From NCBI GenBank assembly GCA_050294405.1, contig JBNKOC010000016.1:256001-320000 (forward strand): a DNA stretch of 64,000 bases. The letters run 5' to 3'. The position numbers were made by a program, and so were the translations under genes. This document shows, piece after piece, positions 49,911 through 59,443 of the stretch. A model generated the notes under the pieces. The model was given only the letters and a program-made list of their open reading frames with translations, searched no databases and had not been told where the DNA came from. The stretch is from Fibrobacteria bacterium (GTDB lineage Bacteria; Fibrobacterota; Fibrobacteria; UBA11236; JADFYW01). Each line of letters opens with the position of its first letter. The first letter of the stretch is position 1.

Positions 49911-51187
49911 AAATTACATTTGTTGTTTTGGGATTTTGGGCAATGTATGGAGTGTGCCTGGCGGAAGGTTTAAATGTTAAGATCTCCGATTTTTTGGCTA
50001 CAGCTAAGAAGGATTATGTTATAGAATACCAGGAAAAGAAGGTGGATGCCTTATCCAAATCAGGAACACCTAGCAGCCCAATCGAGGAAATGGAACTGAG
50101 ATATGATAATGAGGGTTTCGCTCGGCATAAATATTCCTTGCGTTTTTCCCCTTTTTCCATTAGAGAATGGAAAGCCAGGAAAAATGTGGCTCTTTCAGAA
50201 TTAAAGTATAACGAAACAAAATCCTCTATGTTGTTAAATCGAGCCCTGCGCAGCAGATACAATCTTATTATCGACCATTTGTACCAAACGCAAAAATTGA
50301 GTTTTGTAAAAGAACTGCATACCCTTTTCCAAGACAGGATCAATGTACTGGCGGAAAAGAGCGCTCAGTTGGACTTCGATTTTAATGACTTAATGGAAGC
50401 GGAAGAGGATTTCACAAAAACCAAAGACGAATTGATTGAAACAGAGTTTAAAATAAAATCTCTGGAAAGAAAAATAGAACAATACATCAGTGCCGGAGAT
50501 AGCCTGCATTTTGATTCCGCGGGGTTAATTGAAGTGGAAACCCTAAAAAAGGAAATAAATTCGAATTTGTTTGTATTAGATACTAATAACTTGTATCTGA
50601 CCACCCAGCGACTTGATTTGGAAAATTCCCACAAAAAACTGGATTTGGAAAAAGCCGAAACAAACAAGCTATTTAATTTTTTGGAGTTGTCGTATGATCA
50701 CGGAGAAATGGAGGATCAAATTCAGGACAGGAGAGAAGGAAAGGCGTATGATCTCAACCGTTCTCTTTCTTTTCAGTTGGGTTTTAACATCCCATTTGTG
50801 AATCAGGACAAACTTTCCATAAACAGAAGGCAGCTAAATTATTTGGCAGAAAAAGGCCGTTATGAAGATTTAAAGTCTGAATTAAACCAGGAAATTAGAA
50901 ACTTACAAGAAGAAATCCGGCGGGACTTAAAGCGCATTGAGCTTTTGGAAATGCGGGAAAAGGAACTGAACAGCGAAGGTTCGTTAAAAACCTATTTGCA
51001 GGTTGAGGGAATAGATCCTTTGATATTACTAAGAACCAGGGAAGCATCCATTAAAAGTAACATGAGAAAATCAGAGGCGCGTTTTGAAATCTATAAATCG
51101 TACATAAAGTTGATGGATATTACCGGGAAGCTTTCCGAAACACCGCTGAAAAATTATTTATCCGATAATTTTGAAGTTATAAATTAG
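49907..51187 (+). CDS. TolC-like outer-membrane efflux protein
   Basis: Signal peptide, long helical segments, beta-strand LSFQLGFNIPF, two-fold repeat; start overlaps the HlyD stop codon. Confidence 0.65.
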   Translation: MKITFVVLGFWAMYGVCLAEGLNVKISDFLATAKKDYVIEYQEKKVDALSKSGTPSSPIEEMELRYDNEGFARHKYSLRFSPFSIREWKARKNVALSELKYNETKSSMLLNRALRSRYNLIIDHLYQTQKLSFVKELHTLFQDRINVLAEKSAQLDFDFNDLMEAEEDFTKTKDELIETEFKIKSLERKIEQYISAGDSLHFDSAGLIEVETLKKEINSNLFVLDTNNLYLTTQRLDLENSHKKLDLEKAETNKLFNFLELSYDHGEMEDQIQDRREGKAYDLNRSLSFQLGFNIPFVNQDKLSINRRQLNYLAEKGRYEDLKSELNQEIRNLQEEIRRDLKRIELLEMREKELNSEGSLKTYLQVEGIDPLILLRTREASIKSNMRKSEARFEIYKSYIKLMDITGKLSETPLKNYLSDNFEVIN

Positions 51188-51189
51188 AA

Positions 51190-51987
51190 ATGGCTGAGCA
51201 AAAAACTCCAACCAGCCTTGAGCGCTTTGAAATAAAGTTTATCATTCCTAAATATTTAGTAGAGCCCATTTCAGATTATTTGGAAGTGTATTGCGAAATG
51301 GATGATTACTCCGCAAAAAGCCCCGATAAATTTTATACCGTCAATAACTTGTATTTTGATACATCTCAATTCATGTTTTTAAAAAACAGGCTAGACGATA
51401 CAGGAAACCGATTTAATTTGAGGGTTCGTTCCTATGGAAATGAATCAGGCCCGCCCTATTTTTTTGAAATCAAGCAAAAGGTGTCTGGTTATTTGCGAAA
51501 GTACCGAGGTTTTGTGAATGGAGAGGATTGGCCGGCTTACTTAGGAGAAAGTGTTGTTTCAGATGATAAGTATTTATCGGATAATAAAAATATTCGTTTA
51601 TTTCAGCGCATGGTTTATAGCTATGGAGCCACTCCAAAAATCTTGACTCAATATCGGCGTAAGGCATATGCATCCCTGGTAGATAGTTATGCCAGGGCAA
51701 CCTTTGACATTGATTTGCGATACATGGAACAGAGAGAGTATGAATTATTTCCAGTGGATGCAAAAATGACCCATTACGATCACAGCAATAGCTTTGAGCC
51801 CGAGTGTGAAGTGGTATTGGAATTGAAATGTTTTACCAACTATGTTCCCCTGTGGATGATTGATTTGGTACGCCATTTCAATTTAAAAACCAGAGGTTTT
51901 TCAAAATACGCCAGCGGGATTCTGGATCATTTGGGATATTGGAATTCTGGTTGGTCAAATCGACTTCCCGCAGAAAGCTGGGTTTAG
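51190..51987 (+). CDS. VTC-domain (polyphosphate polymerase, CYTH/TTM fold) protein
   Basis: RFEIKF, NLYFDT, LRVRSY, FEIKQK, YRRKAY, RATFD, VLELK, FSKY. Confidence 0.92.
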   Translation: MAEQKTPTSLERFEIKFIIPKYLVEPISDYLEVYCEMDDYSAKSPDKFYTVNNLYFDTSQFMFLKNRLDDTGNRFNLRVRSYGNESGPPYFFEIKQKVSGYLRKYRGFVNGEDWPAYLGESVVSDDKYLSDNKNIRLFQRMVYSYGATPKILTQYRRKAYASLVDSYARATFDIDLRYMEQREYELFPVDAKMTHYDHSNSFEPECEVVLELKCFTNYVPLWMIDLVRHFNLKTRGFSKYASGILDHLGYWNSGWSNRLPAESWV

Positions 51988-52008
51988 AAAACACAGCAAA
52001 ACGCAATG

Positions 52009-54057
52009 TTATTGATTGGAGCCCCAGCCCGGATAGGGTCTGGCTTGTTTCATTATCAGCTTTGGTTCTGAATTGGGATCGGCGCCAATGGGCTGGTCAA
52101 ATTTAAACTCCGTATCCATGGCATACCATTTGTTTGGATCGCTTCCGTATAGCCCCATAAAAAAGCGGTGTATTTCTTTTAAGGCGATTCCCAGCTTATA
52201 GGTTTGAGCCGTGGTAAGAACATTTTGCCCTTCAGGAACAAGGGAAGAATGGGCAATGAAAACAATGGGTTGGCCTGGCATATCAAAATGGTATACAAAT
52301 TGGTCTGTGGTAATACCAACATCAGGCTGCACCACAGAAGCTTCGCCTTCTTGAACATTTACATAAAAGCCGGGTTCGCTTCCTGTGGGATCAAATGGGT
52401 TTGCCGTAATGGCCACACCGTTGGCTTCTTCATCGGGAAAGGAATTGTGAACTAAAAGAGCCATTCCTACGGTCTGATGATCTATATTGCGATAGCTTCT
52501 CTCTTCAAAAGCTCGGAAATACCAAACGCTGGCCCATACTTCCCGGATGGCATCGTCTACAGGATCTGATGGGTCATTGGGATCCCCGCTTTTCGAAGTG
52601 TACAATCCTGCTCCGGTGAAACCGTCCAAATCCTCTGCATTTGTGCTGCTGCGAAATCTCATTTTTATCCCGGGATATTCATTATTTAATTTTTCCATTA
52701 ACTCGGTCTCAAATGCGGAATCAAGCGGGGCATCCATCATATCGGCGCGCAGGGCTTTCAATTTTAAATCCCTATAGGTTGGGTTTGCTTGAAATTGAGA
52801 ATCTGCCAGAAATTCATCTACACGTTGGTTGAAGCCGTTTTGTTCCATAAACTGCCAGTAATAGTATACCGGGATACCAAAGGCTTTGGGGTAAGGCACT
52901 TTTTCATTGTCCATATGTGGAAAGGCTGCAAAGTGGCTGGCTTTTCCTCCATAAGCGGGAATGGCTTGCTTGAGAGCTTCCCCTAAGCTAAGGTTCTCTA
53001 AATCCAAAATATTTTCAATGTCTCTGAGTTCTTTTGTGTCCAAATCCAGGTTGGGAACCTGTACTTCTTCAGGCTTATGATCTTCCCACCATGCGTCGGC
53101 TTCTGCAGCGGTTACTTCTTTAATGCTAAAGTCAAAAGCGCTGACTTCCAGCTCCACCCACTTATCCTCCAGAGCTCTGAGCTCCGGATCATTAAATGCT
53201 TCTTTTAGGCCCATGTTTGGAGTGCCTCTGTTTTGAGACAACACGTTAATGTGGGACAGCGGAGTTTGGAATTCCTGGGTTATAATTCCATTTACAACGG
53301 AAATATCATTGGGAACGGCATCCAACACTACAATATCGCGAAAACCAACATACTCTGTTTCCAATTCTTTGGCGGTTATAAAAATGAGCCTTCCCAGGCT
53401 TTTTCCATAATTCAGTGGTTGGTAAGTAATGTCCTTGAATAACTCTTGGGTGGAAATGGTTTTAAACTCAGAAGAAAGCTTTTTGGCTTCCAATTCTATG
53501 GTGAGACTGGTGGGGTGGAATTTTAATTCCTCTCCGAAGTATGCGGACTCCATTATTTTTCCCAGAGCTAAGGCTATCATTTCAGCGGAGGCGTTGTCGT
53601 AGGGGGCAATTTCATAGGCCCAAGTGTCTGAACTTTCGTAATATGTTATGGACCCCAGGATAAACCTTCTGTTGGGACTATAATATTCAGTCTGATTAAA
53701 CTGGGATAGTGGGGGGACAATGGGTTTCCCATCGCCTGATAGGTTGGTTGAGGTGAAGTCCCAATGTATTTGATATTTTTGGCTGTTTTGAAAATAAAGT
53801 TTTTCCCCATCCTCTAAATCCACAACTGTTTTTAGTGATATGGCCCCAGGTATGGAGGCATCCAGGGGCTCAGACGATAAAGCCTGGAAGTCCTCTTCAC
53901 ATCCAATTTGAGTTGAAAAATTTGGGCTTTCATCGGTTTTAATTTGGCATTCCCAGTTTTTTTCATCCTCCTTTTTATCGGAGGATAGGTTGCAGGAAAG
54001 AATTACCAGGGAAGACAGGGTTGTCACAAAAGAAAATTTTATTTTGGATTTAATCAT
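52009..54057 (-). CDS. Lipoprotein dikinase: phospho-His swivel-like domain followed by a PPDK-type ATP-grasp domain
   Basis: Lipobox ILSC (Cys22); GIITQEFQTPLSHINV (His269); YGGKA, RSSTNAEDLDGFTGAGLY, VWASVW, DTEFK, KQARP. Confidence 0.85.
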   Translation of the reverse strand: MIKSKIKFSFVTTLSSLVILSCNLSSDKKEDEKNWECQIKTDESPNFSTQIGCEEDFQALSSEPLDASIPGAISLKTVVDLEDGEKLYFQNSQKYQIHWDFTSTNLSGDGKPIVPPLSQFNQTEYYSPNRRFILGSITYYESSDTWAYEIAPYDNASAEMIALALGKIMESAYFGEELKFHPTSLTIELEAKKLSSEFKTISTQELFKDITYQPLNYGKSLGRLIFITAKELETEYVGFRDIVVLDAVPNDISVVNGIITQEFQTPLSHINVLSQNRGTPNMGLKEAFNDPELRALEDKWVELEVSAFDFSIKEVTAAEADAWWEDHKPEEVQVPNLDLDTKELRDIENILDLENLSLGEALKQAIPAYGGKASHFAAFPHMDNEKVPYPKAFGIPVYYYWQFMEQNGFNQRVDEFLADSQFQANPTYRDLKLKALRADMMDAPLDSAFETELMEKLNNEYPGIKMRFRSSTNAEDLDGFTGAGLYTSKSGDPNDPSDPVDDAIREVWASVWYFRAFEERSYRNIDHQTVGMALLVHNSFPDEEANGVAITANPFDPTGSEPGFYVNVQEGEASVVQPDVGITTDQFVYHFDMPGQPIVFIAHSSLVPEGQNVLTTAQTYKLGIALKEIHRFFMGLYGSDPNKWYAMDTEFKFDQPIGADPNSEPKLIMKQARPYPGWGSNQ

Positions 54058-54445
54058 AATTCTAATATATACGGGTTCAATTTTTTTTAATAGCTAATTT
54101 GGGGAATAAAAAATAATAAGATCACCCCCGTAGCCCAGTTTGTTGCCTCAAAAGGAAGTGTGTTTTAAAATATAGAGTAGGCCATGATTTTTTCTACTCA
54201 CTTGGCTTTTGGAGTATGTGTATTTATTCACCAATTGGAGTACAATATTGACGAAAATTTCCCAGAAAATTTGGCTATTTTGGCTTAATTCTTAAGTATG
54301 AAGATTGGGGAAAGGATTATTCCGCAGGCAATAATCTGTGGACCAAATGCCTTTGGTTTTGGACCATAAGTTTTTATTCACAACCTCCATTGTTTTCAGT
54401 AAATTTAGGGCAAGACATTAACAAGCCTTAGGATTAGGAAAATTT

Positions 54446-56239
54446 ATGTTTAAAAGTTCTTTGTTTTTTTTAGCCATGTTAGGGTGGGCAAGTTTCGCCT
54501 TTTCCCAAATCATTATCACGGAAATCCATTACTTTCCTTTGGATGCAGATACTGTCAGCCATACGGAATTAGAGTTTATCGAAATTAAAAACATTGGAAG
54601 CGATACATTGGACCTCAGCAACATATCTTTTACCAAAGGTATTGATTATCAATTCAAGGCTGGAGATTTTATTGCGCCGGATTCTTTTTTGGTTTTGGCT
54701 TCCAACTATGTGGAGTTTTATAATCGCTATCAGTTTAATGCCTTTGATGAATTCCAGGGCCAGTTGAGCAATAGCGGAGAAGAGGTTGAAATTTCGGATG
54801 TTGCCCTTGACACTGTTTTGTTTTCTGTAAATTATTCAGCCTCTCCTCCCTGGCCATTGGGCCCTGCGGGAAATGGGCCATCTTTGGTGGCCATACATCA
54901 GGACAGTCTTTTTGCAACTCAGCTCGCCTCTAATTGGAGTGTGTCTTCCCTTAACAATGGGAAGCCAGGTGAAGAGGATGTCGCAGCTGATATTGCTCCG
55001 ATTATAATTACAGAATTACTGACACATACCGATTTGCCGCAGCTGGATGCTATTGAAATTTTTAACCCGGGGACAGATGCCGTTGACATTGGCGGATGGT
55101 TCCTTAGCGACAATAAAAATATGCCTAAAAAATACAGGATACCCGATTCCGCTATTATTAATGGGGGAGAATATTTGGTATTTGATGAAAGCGATTTTAA
55201 TGCAGAACCGGACTCTGAGGGAAGTTTTGCCCTCGGGGCCCATGGAGGGGAAGCCTTTATTTTTTCAGCGGACAGCGCTGGCCAATTGACCGGGTATGTT
55301 CATGGTGTGGAATTTGGCGAATTGGAAAATGGGCAATCCTTCGGGCGTTATGAAAACTCCACAGGAGAAATTCACTATACAATTTTAGAAGAATTAACAT
55401 TGGGCAGTGAAAATGCCACTCCTTTGGTGGGCCCTCTTGTTATTTCCGAAATAATGTACAATCCGGGCCTGGAAGGCTTTGAATATATTCGAATAGAAAA
55501 TATTACAGATGAGGAAATACCCCTTTACGATCCCGACTATCCTCAAAATAGTTGGAAAGTTTCAGGTTTGAATTTTGATTTTCCTGCTGCGCTTTCTATA
55601 GCTCCGAAGGCCAGTTTGATTGTGGCCATGGGAGTTGAAAACGAACTGGATTTTCGCCTTCATTATAAAATCAATTCCTCCGTACCGCTTGTGATTTCCA
55701 AAGGGCAGTTGTCTAATGGCGGAGAAACTTTAACCCTAAAAAAACCCGAAGAGCCCTTTGTGGATTCTTCCTCTATGAAAGAGGTTGTTCCTTATATGGA
55801 TGTGGATAAGGTGAAATATTCAGATAATGCTCCTTGGCCTACTGATGCTGATGGCATCGGGTTCGCCTTAAAAAGAGTTGAAATTGAATCCTATGGAAAC
55901 GATGCCGCTAACTGGGTAGCAGCTCTTCCAGGTTTTCCGGATATGGCAAGCAGTCAGGACAGCATCTCAGTCTCGGCTGCCGTTTTTCAAACAGATATGT
56001 TACCTGCTATTTTAAATTTATATATGGAGGCTGAAAGCCAAGTGGATTCCATTGATGCCAGAATTAAAAATGAGGACAATTCAGAGACTATTATTTTTAG
56101 TCCTATAAAAAATTCTAAAACCCGTTTCAGCGCCCAAGTTCTTGACCTGGCTCCAGGCAATTATTCTTTGCAGATTTTAGCCAGAGATTCAGATGGAAAG
56201 CAAGGGATAGTAGTTAAAAGTTTTGCGAGGAAACCATGA
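54446..56239 (+). CDS. Secreted protein with three lamin-tail domains and a C-terminal Ig-like domain
   Basis: Signal peptide; three I(T/S)E(I/L)...IEIxN-type repeats; LSNSGE / LSNGGE. Confidence 0.85.
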   Translation: MFKSSLFFLAMLGWASFAFSQIIITEIHYFPLDADTVSHTELEFIEIKNIGSDTLDLSNISFTKGIDYQFKAGDFIAPDSFLVLASNYVEFYNRYQFNAFDEFQGQLSNSGEEVEISDVALDTVLFSVNYSASPPWPLGPAGNGPSLVAIHQDSLFATQLASNWSVSSLNNGKPGEEDVAADIAPIIITELLTHTDLPQLDAIEIFNPGTDAVDIGGWFLSDNKNMPKKYRIPDSAIINGGEYLVFDESDFNAEPDSEGSFALGAHGGEAFIFSADSAGQLTGYVHGVEFGELENGQSFGRYENSTGEIHYTILEELTLGSENATPLVGPLVISEIMYNPGLEGFEYIRIENITDEEIPLYDPDYPQNSWKVSGLNFDFPAALSIAPKASLIVAMGVENELDFRLHYKINSSVPLVISKGQLSNGGETLTLKKPEEPFVDSSSMKEVVPYMDVDKVKYSDNAPWPTDADGIGFALKRVEIESYGNDAANWVAALPGFPDMASSQDSISVSAAVFQTDMLPAILNLYMEAESQVDSIDARIKNEDNSETIIFSPIKNSKTRFSAQVLDLAPGNYSLQILARDSDGKQGIVVKSFARKP

Positions 56240-56805
56240 AATATTTTACATACTTGGTATTATTTGCCTTTTTAGTAGCCTGTTTTGACGGAAAGAAAGA
56301 TAGTGAAAATAAAGAATTGACCTTACACTTAAGCAAGGGTTGGGATTACTTTTTGGATACTGATTATTCCAAATCAAAAAGTTCTTTTGAAGCGGCATTG
56401 GAAGAGGACGGGAAGAGCGAAGAAGCTCTTTGCGGAAAAGCCTGGTCAAACTTGCGGTTAAATGAATTCCAAATTGCCCAAGAGGAATTTGAAGGGGGAT
56501 TGGAAGCTAATTCGGAAAGTGTGTGCTTTGCGGCTGGCCTTGCCTATTCCAATTTGGCTTTGGAGAATTATTCAGATGCTTTGGCAAACTTTGCTAACTT
56601 GAAGGCAATGTTGTCTGAGGAAAAAATAAGCCTGGGCCCAGATTTTGATTTAGATTCTTCGGACTTAAATAAAAGTTACGCCTGGTCTTTGTTTATGGAA
56701 AATGATTCAGAGGGCTTAAAGGATTTGTATAAGGATGTTTATCCGGATGAAAGCGCAAACTCAAAGGGCTCCATTGAATTGTTGGAAGAAATTTTAAAGC
56801 TGTAA
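56236..56805 (+). CDS. TPR-repeat lipoprotein
   Basis: Lipobox LVAC; TPR-like helices (GWDYF, ALCGKAW, AGLAYS). Confidence 0.75.
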   Translation: MKYFTYLVLFAFLVACFDGKKDSENKELTLHLSKGWDYFLDTDYSKSKSSFEAALEEDGKSEEALCGKAWSNLRLNEFQIAQEEFEGGLEANSESVCFAAGLAYSNLALENYSDALANFANLKAMLSEEKISLGPDFDLDSSDLNKSYAWSLFMENDSEGLKDLYKDVYPDESANSKGSIELLEEILKL

Positions 56806-56815
56806 ATTACATCTT

Positions 56816-58426
56816 TTAAAATGGCAAGTGCACCACAGATTGGGCGGAAAATATTTTTTGTTGCTCAATGCTAACATAATAGATGCCGTGTTGTAATTTT
56901 GTTCCTTTGTTTAAAGGAACTCTCAACTGAAAAAATTCAGGGGATATTTTTTTGCTAAAAATTAATTGTCCCCGCTTGTCCGACACTTTTAAAAGAAAAT
57001 TTTCTTTATTTTTTAAGTGGATTTCCAAAACAGGAAACTCAGAATCACCGACAATATTGGAAAAAAATTCCTTTTTGCCCTTGAACTTAAAATCCGGCTG
57101 GTCAAAAAAACAACTGCCATCATCCATATTTGCTTCCGGGTTGTAATTTTTTGATTTTTCTTTGGTACAACCTTTGATAGCTTTTTTTCTGGGATAAATT
57201 CGTGTTATGGCATCCCCTTTTTGGGGTTGCCAAATTTTAGCTCCATTGGGAAGTGTAAATGGAGCATCGTAACTAATATACGGAATGGAATCTGAATTTT
57301 CGGGTACCATAATGGTTAATAGATTTATTTTTTCAGGCGAAAATTGCAGCCAATTAAACTCATGAAAGGCTCCATAGCCCTGGACCCAATCATATATATT
57401 TTGCACCGTCCTTAATGGTACTCCCCAGCAGCCTTCTCCAATGTAAATGGTTCCCCACTCATCATCCCGGGTATATTTTCCCGGTGAAACAGCAGAGGGC
57501 TTTATAGGGTAGCTGCGTTTGACCACATGGGAGTGGGATTCCCCGGCAATGTGGAATCCCAAGTCATATATCAACCGGGACCAGTTATCATACATGCCAT
57601 GCATAAAAGACTTCGGCCCAATAGGGGAAATAGGGGAATGCCAATGGGCCATCTTCCATTGAAAATCTTTTTGAGCCATATCTTCTTTTAAGGCCTTGGC
57701 CTGCTCGGCGTAGTTTCCTTTTTCCGAATTTAGTACCCACAATTTCAAAAAATTTTCTCCAATGTTAATGGGGTAAACATTGTCAGGAGTTGGGGTGTCA
57801 AAAAGCTTATGGACATCTTCATCCGTTTCGTGGTTTCCCCGGGTGGGAATAAGGGGGATTATAAGCCCGTCTTCACCAATAGTATGTTGCCAATCTTCAA
57901 GCCAATATTGCCAGGAAAGGGGATCGCTTACATTGATGAAGTCCCCCCCAAATGCCACAAAATGCGGCCTGAATTTTTTGACCATCTTATTCACGGAAAT
58001 TCGGCCAGTCCTATTGCTCCGGCTGTCTCCTCCATGGACCACACTTAATTCTTTTGGATATTGGGCAATTGTGCGAAATTTGAATCGGGGGCTAAGGGAG
58101 TTGTTGTCCGCAATCACGAAGTAATAAACCTGCCCGTCTGCCAAATTATTTAGACGCGCAAAGTGATTATTCATTTCCTTATGCGAATTGCTGTGCTGGG
58201 GGATTAGCTTATGTTCATATTTGCTTGTGTCTTGGCCAAAATCTTCTAAACCATAATATACAATGGGCTTTTCTCCATCAAGCTGGTTCCAGGCAATGGT
58301 TATTTCACTGGATGGATTTCCTGCAAATACGGTCCTATACTTGTCAGTGCGGCTATGAGAAAAGCCCCATATACCAAGTAAGATAAATAAAAAGCTAAAA
58401 AGCGATTTTACTTTAATATGTCCCAT
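56816..58426 (-). CDS. Secreted purple-acid-phosphatase-like metallophosphoesterase (FN3 + catalytic domain + C-terminal sorting-like domain)
   Basis: GGDSR, GGDF, RGNHE, HWH, ESHSH, GEGCWG; GCT..NYNPEANMDDGSC motif; start 58426 yields a signal peptide. Confidence 0.85.
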   Translation of the reverse strand: MGHIKVKSLFSFLFILLGIWGFSHSRTDKYRTVFAGNPSSEITIAWNQLDGEKPIVYYGLEDFGQDTSKYEHKLIPQHSNSHKEMNNHFARLNNLADGQVYYFVIADNNSLSPRFKFRTIAQYPKELSVVHGGDSRSNRTGRISVNKMVKKFRPHFVAFGGDFINVSDPLSWQYWLEDWQHTIGEDGLIIPLIPTRGNHETDEDVHKLFDTPTPDNVYPINIGENFLKLWVLNSEKGNYAEQAKALKEDMAQKDFQWKMAHWHSPISPIGPKSFMHGMYDNWSRLIYDLGFHIAGESHSHVVKRSYPIKPSAVSPGKYTRDDEWGTIYIGEGCWGVPLRTVQNIYDWVQGYGAFHEFNWLQFSPEKINLLTIMVPENSDSIPYISYDAPFTLPNGAKIWQPQKGDAITRIYPRKKAIKGCTKEKSKNYNPEANMDDGSCFFDQPDFKFKGKKEFFSNIVGDSEFPVLEIHLKNKENFLLKVSDKRGQLIFSKKISPEFFQLRVPLNKGTKLQHGIYYVSIEQQKIFSAQSVVHLPF

Positions 58427-58463
58427 TCCAGTCCCAGTATTATTAAGGTAGATAATCAAGGCC

Positions 58464-59312
58464 TTAGGGCAAAGCGGCTTTTTGTCTCTTAGCATGGCCT
58501 ATCTCAATTATTAAAAATAGCGGGATTAGACAGTGGGGAAGCCTTACCAGAAAAGCGGGAATCCATTCTCTCAGGCTTAAAATTAAAATAGAGGGGTCAA
58601 TAAAGCTAAGAGGCCTGGCCAGGGCTGTGAGAGCGCCCCAAATGGCCATATACCACAAACAAATTTTTTCGCTTTTAGACCAGAAAATTCCAAAGCTTGC
58701 GAGAATGTCTAATATTCCTGCCATTTTTAAAAAAATCACAATGCTTGAGTATTCATTCAGGGGTGTTAACCTTTGCACCATGGTGGAAAATTGGGCAGGC
58801 ACTTGGTAGTAGCCGATGGCAAACAACCCATGACCCACAAAAACAGCCACCAGGCATAACTTTATGAGCAGGTAAAAAACAGGGGATTTCTTGTTTCCAT
58901 AAAAAAACATCAAAATCAAGGGAGGAGCCCATTGAAGGGTCATTTCAATAAAAGCGCCATTTGCGGATAATTTGGATAGGTAAAATAAATAGGAATAAAA
59001 CAACAAGCCGCCGGAGGATATGGTTAGTACTAAAATTTTAAGTTTGTTGAATTTCTTTTGGAAAATCAAAAAGACGGCTGCGGCAATATATCCTGTTCCC
59101 AGTAGTTTCGTAAATAGGCGAATGTGGTGATCTGAGCTGTAAGACCATTGTCTCCAGCTTATATGGAACAAGTTCAAAATGGGCTGGACAAAAGATTCCT
59201 TCCACAATAATTCCCGATAAGGCGCATCCCAAAAAAAATGCTCAAGGCCTCTTCCCATTAAAAGAAGTATACAGGATAGCCATAATAATTTTTCCGCAAG
59301 TTTATTTCTCAT
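58464..59312 (-). CDS. Multi-pass membrane protein (DoxX-like C-terminal half)
   Basis: About 8 TM helices; VFVGHGLFA, AGILDI, WGALTALARP. Confidence 0.7.
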   Translation of the reverse strand: MRNKLAEKLLWLSCILLLMGRGLEHFFWDAPYRELLWKESFVQPILNLFHISWRQWSYSSDHHIRLFTKLLGTGYIAAAVFLIFQKKFNKLKILVLTISSGGLLFYSYLFYLSKLSANGAFIEMTLQWAPPLILMFFYGNKKSPVFYLLIKLCLVAVFVGHGLFAIGYYQVPAQFSTMVQRLTPLNEYSSIVIFLKMAGILDILASFGIFWSKSEKICLWYMAIWGALTALARPLSFIDPSILILSLREWIPAFLVRLPHCLIPLFLIIEIGHAKRQKAALP

Positions 59313-59428
59313 ATTTGTTTGATTTATCAATTTGGAAAAAAAATAACAATGAATGACAATCTTCTGACAATTTAAGAATGCTTGATTTAAAAAAGGCTTA
59401 AAATGACACAATTTTTGTATTCATTATC

Positions 59429-59443
59429 TGGCCTGTTTTTTGC
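59429..59443 (+). promoter_or_regulatory. Putative sigma54 (-24/-12) promoter
   Basis: TGGCCTGTTTTTTGC has exact GG-N10-GC spacing, about 195 nt upstream of the flavoprotein ATG. Confidence 0.6.

Noticed and set aside
52009..54057. ppsA/ppdK (PEP synthase or pyruvate phosphate dikinase)
   Set aside because: No C-terminal pyruvate-binding barrel, reversed domain order and a lipoprotein signal.
59319..59330. FNR box
   Set aside because: TTGAT and ATCAA are separated by 2 nt instead of the required 4.
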